Assembly: GCA_973895155.1 (NCBI GenBank)
Contig: OZ316892.1
Span: 5,044,510-5,108,509, forward strand
Length of the DNA: 64,000 nt
From: Marsupella aquatica
Lineage: Eukaryota; Plantae; Marchantiophyta
Reading direction: 5' to 3'
A program made the translations under genes and the position numbers. The notes beneath the pieces were generated by a model. The model had not been told where the DNA came from, did no database searches, and saw only the letters and a list, made by a program, of their open reading frames with translations. How positions within the stretch are numbered: the stretch's first letter is position 1; each line of letters starts with the position of its first letter. Shown piece by piece: positions 58,275 through 64,000 of this stretch.

Positions 58275-60312
58275 GAGCCCAATCTATCGTTCAGATGACT
58301 GAACTGCCGGCCGGAACGACCAGGCACTGACCTCGCCTTTCAACTCAGGACAGTATTAGTTCTCGCTCGAGCAGGTCAATGTCTTGGTCTAGATGCTGTG
58401 AATGTTCACGAGTCGGTGCTGCCAGTTGTGGAGGGGGAAGGGAAATTTGGTGTGGGCTACTCAGTCGTTACTGAAAAATACACAATTTGTAAAGAGCTAA
58501 ACAAGATGTTAGAGAGGCAGAGCTGGATAGGTACGTCATCAATTGGTGAAACTCAGATTGCAATGTCGGTCAAATATTCTGCAATTTCTTCAGGTAAATA
58601 CGTACAGCCACCTTCTGGCCCCTTCAATTATTCGAAATTTTGCCAATAAGCCTTGTGGAGTACGCGCGCTGTATGTTCATGGACGTTTTGTTTAGTCTGT
58701 AGCTGGTGGTGTGCATTTGGCATTTAAATCGATGTACTCCTCGAAGATTGCTGAGACGCTAATACGAATGCTTGAATGGACCAGATACAAAGGAAGCGAA
58801 AGAGGTCAAGTTGGACTCTTTCAAAAATAATCTAAACCCTGGGCCATTGGAAGCTGGAGAATGCATGCGTGGATTAAATCTTAACGAAGCAAAGCTTTTT
58901 TAGTTTTGCCATACTCGCTGAGGCAGCTACGGAGACTAACGTGGACTTCACAGAATAATGAATACACTAGTTATAGTGATCAGATAAGTACGCATTTTTC
59001 TCCCGAACTGAATACTTAAGAGATCATCTACTTTGGATAAGAGAATTTGGACAATTTTTCAAATGCAAGCTCCAGTTGGATATTCTAAGGCATGTTTTGG
59101 TAAAGACTGAATTATATGTGAAACAAAATGACTCAAGTACTAGTGAATAGATACGTACACATTTTACTCCACAACCGAATCGAATACTTCAAACACCATC
59201 TACTTTAGAGAAAATAAACATTTGGATAGTTTTTCAGGGCTCCAGTTATGTATTAAAGACAGTTGGCAGATAAAGCCTTCCTTGAGGGCTTCCTGCTTCA
59301 GGGCTTTCATTGACGAGATTTCCAATAGAGGGACAGATGTATCTTATGGTGAGTAGTGTACAAAATTTGAGCGCTTTCATTTAATCAGGAGTTCTCCCTG
59401 GAGTATTCTATGTTGAGTAATGCACTGAATTTTTGAAAACTTTGTGCAGACAAAAGGAGAAAAATGAGAGTTTTGCTACCACAGAATTCCTATCTGACTT
59501 CTGAACCTAGTGTTTCTTTTGATAAAGACCCTCAAATCTACAAGTTAACCAAAAATTTAGATATGCTTAAAGTAGAAATCTTTCCCCAGAGTACTGTAGG
59601 TGAAATGGGACCATCTAGTGAGAACTTCTACTAGCTTAATAATTAGAGAGAATCTTAAAGGGTGATGTTATTACAAGGGAGAAAGCGGTTTTTTTTTTTC
59701 ATTTCTACTTCGTGAAACACATTCATTTCTCAGATACATTCTCAAATGCCACCCAACTTATAATTTAAGCCTTACTCTGGCTGCCCACTGAGAGAGGTAC
59801 TAGATCCATCAATAGTTATTGCCTGTAGCGATGATTGCATTTCTATACGTCCCCCAATTTGCAAACAATTACATTCAAGTTCCTAGTGATGCTTGGTTCA
59901 CATACTCTCATGCTATTTCATATAACTTCACCCAGACTTAGTTTTTTGCAGTAACTTAGTATTAAATTGCAGTGCACTCTTGCACTATCTTGCTGTTGCA
60001 TTTGAAATTCTTACTGGGTGGATGTCCTACCCCTTAGTAACAATGAACCTTTTCTCTAGCCTCTACCATGTCTGCCACACAGCACGACTTATCTTGGCAC
60101 TCATGAGGTGAACTCCCCTTGTGGCATGATTGGAGTTTCAACTATGACAGAAGTCCTTCCTGGGGGTTCCTTCCAACGTGTCCCTTAACCCACCAGCTGC
60201 ACTCAAAAGGGGGAAGTGTCCCAAAACTTCTCCCCTTTTCACATTCCAGTCAATTTAGCCATGCTCCACAATGGCAACCTCCTCCATAATTCAGGAAAAT
60301 GATGGTAGTTAT

Positions 60313-60661
60313 TGTTGAGCATAGACGACATTCGCAATTGCAAGCTCATGAACCATCCAATGCACAAGAGTCGACACAGAGAGATACGTGGTTCACCTCC
60401 ACATGAGGCTATATACGTCCACGAGAACACACAAGAGCTTTACTGCACTCTAGGCCAAACCGCCATACCAAGCATCCACAACACAAGCTCTCCCTATCTC
60501 TCAACTAGCTCCGTCACAATGAGCCTAACTTCCACCCAGGGTCTGGCATTAGCCCTGGCTATATGCACAACAGCACTACCGCTAACATTAGCTAAGTCCT
60601 AACCCAAGTTAGACTAACTGTGGTTAGCTCATGAGTCACAAGACTAGAGCAATATCTAACA
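60313..60661 (-). repeat. Copia 3' LTR (~349 bp)
   Basis: On the minus strand the PPT aagggggag is followed by TGTTAG at 60661. The putative end ...CTCAACA at 60313 gives TGTT...AACA termini; the left boundary is inferred. Confidence 0.6.
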
Positions 60662-63600
60662 AACTCCCCCTTGACTCTTGTCTTGGGGACTGGACTAAAT
60701 GCTACCATATGGAATCCTCAACGGGAAGTTCTAGACAATCACCAAACCAGGTCCTCCCCTAAAAACCACAAGGGTTAACTAAGGGTTAACTAGCTAGAAC
60801 TAAGCCATAGCTAAACAAGAATGAGTAATCCATATACAAATAGTCACACACTGCTAAATAACTCTACTTGTACTACAACTGCAAAACCTGCAAAGTAGCA
60901 TGGTGTCTTGAGAAACTCTCCAAAGGAATCACTTTGGTAAAGGCATCAGCGGGATTGAGCTTTCCATCAATCTTGACTAGCTCTTGAAAAGGTTTATCAG
61001 ACACTGCTTGCCTGATAAAATGGTACCTGATATCAATGTGCTTCACCCTGCTATCCATCACCTGGTTAGCAGCCAAGTGAAGAGCACTCTGACTATCACA
61101 GTTTAGAGACATTTTGCCATGCTCTAAACCCATCTCCGTGATCAACTTATCCAACCAAATTGTTTCCTTTGCTGCTTCTGCTACTGCAACATACTCTGCT
61201 TCTGTAGTAGACTAAGATATACACTTCTGCAAGGTAGATTTCCAACTGATACATCCTCCTCCAAGAGTAAATACAAATTCAATTGTAGACCTCCTTGTAT
61301 CCAGACAACCTCCATAGTTAGAATCTACATAGCCAACTAACCTTCTATCTGATCTGTTATCAAATAGTAATCCATAGTCCTATGTTCCCTTCACATACCT
61401 GAGAATCCACTTCACAGCTTCCCAATGTACATTTCCTGGATTTGACATGAATCTGCTAACCTTGCCATCGCTAGAGCCAAGTCAGGCCTAGTACAAGTCA
61501 TCAAATACATCAGACTGCCTACTGCCTTCTCATAAGCCAAGAATCTTAGCCATCAGACCTTTCTCCACAGCATCCGTAGGAGAGAAAGCCGATGATAACT
61601 TGAAATGTGAAGCTAAAGGAATACTCACTGGCTTACAATTCTCCATGTTGAATCGTGCAAGTACTTTCCTCGCATACTGGCCTTGACTCAAGCATAACTG
61701 TCCAGTCTCAGAGTTCCTAAAAATCTCCATCCCTAAGATCCTCTTGGCCTTACCAAGATCCTTCATCTTGAATTCAACACTCAATTTTGCCTTGAGACTG
61801 TCAACCTCAGATTGATCTTTAGTCACAATCAGCATGTCATCCACATAGATCACCAGAATGATGAAACCAAACACATCATTCTTGACTGGTTTCATATACA
61901 CACAAGGATCATACACCATCCTTGTAAAACCTTGAGCAAGCATGAAATCATCAAACCGTTTGTTCCACTATTTGGGAGATTGCTTCAATCCATACAAGGA
62001 CTTGAGCAATCTGCAAACTAAGTTCTCTTGGCAAGTCTTCATAAACCCTACTGGCTGTCTCATGAAGATCATCTCTTCCAAGTTGCCATAGAGAAAAGCA
62101 GTAACAACATCCATCTGATCCATTACCAGACCAAAAATACAATAAACTGACACAAGATCCGAATTGTGGAATACGTTGCCACCAGTGGAAAGAGCTCATT
62201 GTAATCCTCTCCTTTCTCCTTAGTGAATCCCTTGGCAACAAGCCTTGCCTTGTAGATCTTATCTCCACCCTCTGAAGGACTATCCTTCAACTTGTAAATC
62301 CACTTGTTGTCCACCACTTGCTGATCTCTTGGAAGCTCCACCAACTCCCATGTCTTGTTGTGACTCAAAAATTGCAACTCCCTCTGCATTGTTGCATTCC
62401 ACTGCTTCTGCTTTGAAGCACAAGCTTCACTGTATGAAAAAGGCTCTCCTTCTTCCAAGATCAAAGTCATGTCATCATCATCAGGTGCAATATCAATATC
62501 ATCTAGCTTAGATGAGTCTGCCCATTGATCATACTTGGTAGGAGCTCTGGTAGAACGATTGGAAGTTCTTCTAGTAGATGACTCAGGCTGATCTGCTACT
62601 GCTCCTGGTTGAATTTGAGGTACCCTAGCAACAATCTGCTCCTCTTGTTCCATCACAAGAACCGGCTCCAAGCCCGGAGCTTCTCCATCTCTCTTGTCAT
62701 GAACAACATCATGACTAATCTTCCCCTCAACCCGGTCCGGGATGGGAGATTTTCCCTTGTCAGTATGGGAGTCCTGAGAACTCCCCCCCTCCTTTGATGA
62801 TTTGGATTCATTAAAGGACACATCTCTACTAACAATTAGCTTACAGGTTACTGGATCCCATAACCTATAACCCTTCACGCCTTTCTGATAGCCAAGGAAA
62901 ATGCACTTAGTTCTTTGACTTGGACTCTAGCTTGGATCGAAGCTGGGAAGGTGTAAGCACATATGCATCACATCCAAAAATCTTTAGATGTGAGTAATCT
63001 GGTGGATGCCCGTACCTCATTTCAAATGACATCTTGAATCCAATAGAACTGGATGGAGAAATTTACCAAATAAGCTGTAGTGTTGACAACTTCAGCCCAA
63101 AACTCATGTGGTAAGCATGATTGACTCAACATACTCCTTGAGCAGTCCAATAGTGTTCGATTGAGTCTCTCAAAAACACCATTCTGTTGAGGAGTATAAC
63201 TTGTTGTGAGATGGCGGGTAATCCCCTGCTCCTTACAATACGTTCCAAATTCCCCGGAACTGTATTCATCGTCATTATCCGATTGAAGATATCTCACCTT
63301 ACTACCAGTTTGATTTTCAACCTGGGCTTTCCACTCTTTAAAAGTGGCAAAAACATCAGACTTACTGTGTAGAAAGTATATCCACATATACCTTGAGTAA
63401 TCGTCTATGAACATGACATATTAGTATAACCATCCAGAATGTGAGGGAGTAGGGGCTGGACCCCATACATCGCTATGTACATACTCAAGTACCTCCTTGT
63501 TGGTGTGAGTTCCAACTCCAAAGGGTTTCCTGTGCTGCTTTCCAAGCACATAGTGCTCACAGAATTCCAACTTACAAGATTGCAAATTAGAAAGTAATTC

Positions 63601-64000
63601 TTTCTTCTGAAGAATAACCAAACCTTTTTCACTCATGTGGCCCAAACAAAAGTCCCACAGCCGGGTCATCTCTTCATGAGATAAGGTTACATTGGCTTCA
63701 TCATAGACTACACTGCCCTCCAAAATGTATAGATTATTATGTCGCTTTCCCTTCAATACAACTTTAGTACCAGTTAAAATCTGAAGGACACCATTAGCAA
63801 AACTCCACTGATAGCCATTTGCTTCTAGAACTCCAAGTGAAATTGAGATTTTTCATCATGCGAGGAATATGTCTCACATTCCTCAACGTTCTCACAACAT
63901 CATCAAACATCTGAAATCTAACAGATCCAAGTCCAACTACTTGACATGGGATTCCATTTCCCATCAACACTGACCCATTGGAAACTGTGTAAGAACAAAT
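60313..64000 (-). mobile_element. Degenerate Ty1/copia LTR retrotransposon, 5' part beyond the window
   Basis: Minus-strand order: GAG-pre-integrase (LGHMSEKGL, HSDVWGP), integrase (IDDYSR, TPQQNGV.ER.NRTL), RT (KARLVAKGF, MDVVTAFL, SLYGLKQ, YVDDML), RNaseH (CDSQSA, KHIDIRYHFIR). Many stops and frameshifts. Confidence 0.95.

Overview
Eukaryotic plant genomic DNA with spliceosomal introns. It is most likely a bryophyte, probably a liverwort, inferred from a hydrolase-NB-ARC-LRR gene. From left to right: two tandem intronless Mn-CDF/MTP8-like transporters (-), one with a 139-bp tandem array over its 5' leader; SCNM1 (+, 3 coding exons); a class-I SAM methyltransferase (+, 6 exons); an intronless WAT1/UMAMIT transporter (+); an alpha/beta-hydrolase-NB-ARC-LRR immune receptor (+); a decayed Pif1/Helitron-like element with MITEs; a 12.9-kb Athila-like Ty3/gypsy composite; two tandem receptor kinases with three hevein (chitin-binding) domains fused to a LecRK-type kinase (+); and a degenerate Ty1/copia element (-) running off the right edge. 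The gypsy composite is unusual: both outer ends are the same LTR end in inverted orientation, with ~950-bp inverted arms, a near-perfect 5-bp TSD and large accessory ORFs. The most interesting items are the hevein receptor kinases, a non-coding block shared by the upstream regions of the NLR and kinase 2, and the inverted-end gypsy. All calls come from reading the sequence by eye; no database searches were run.
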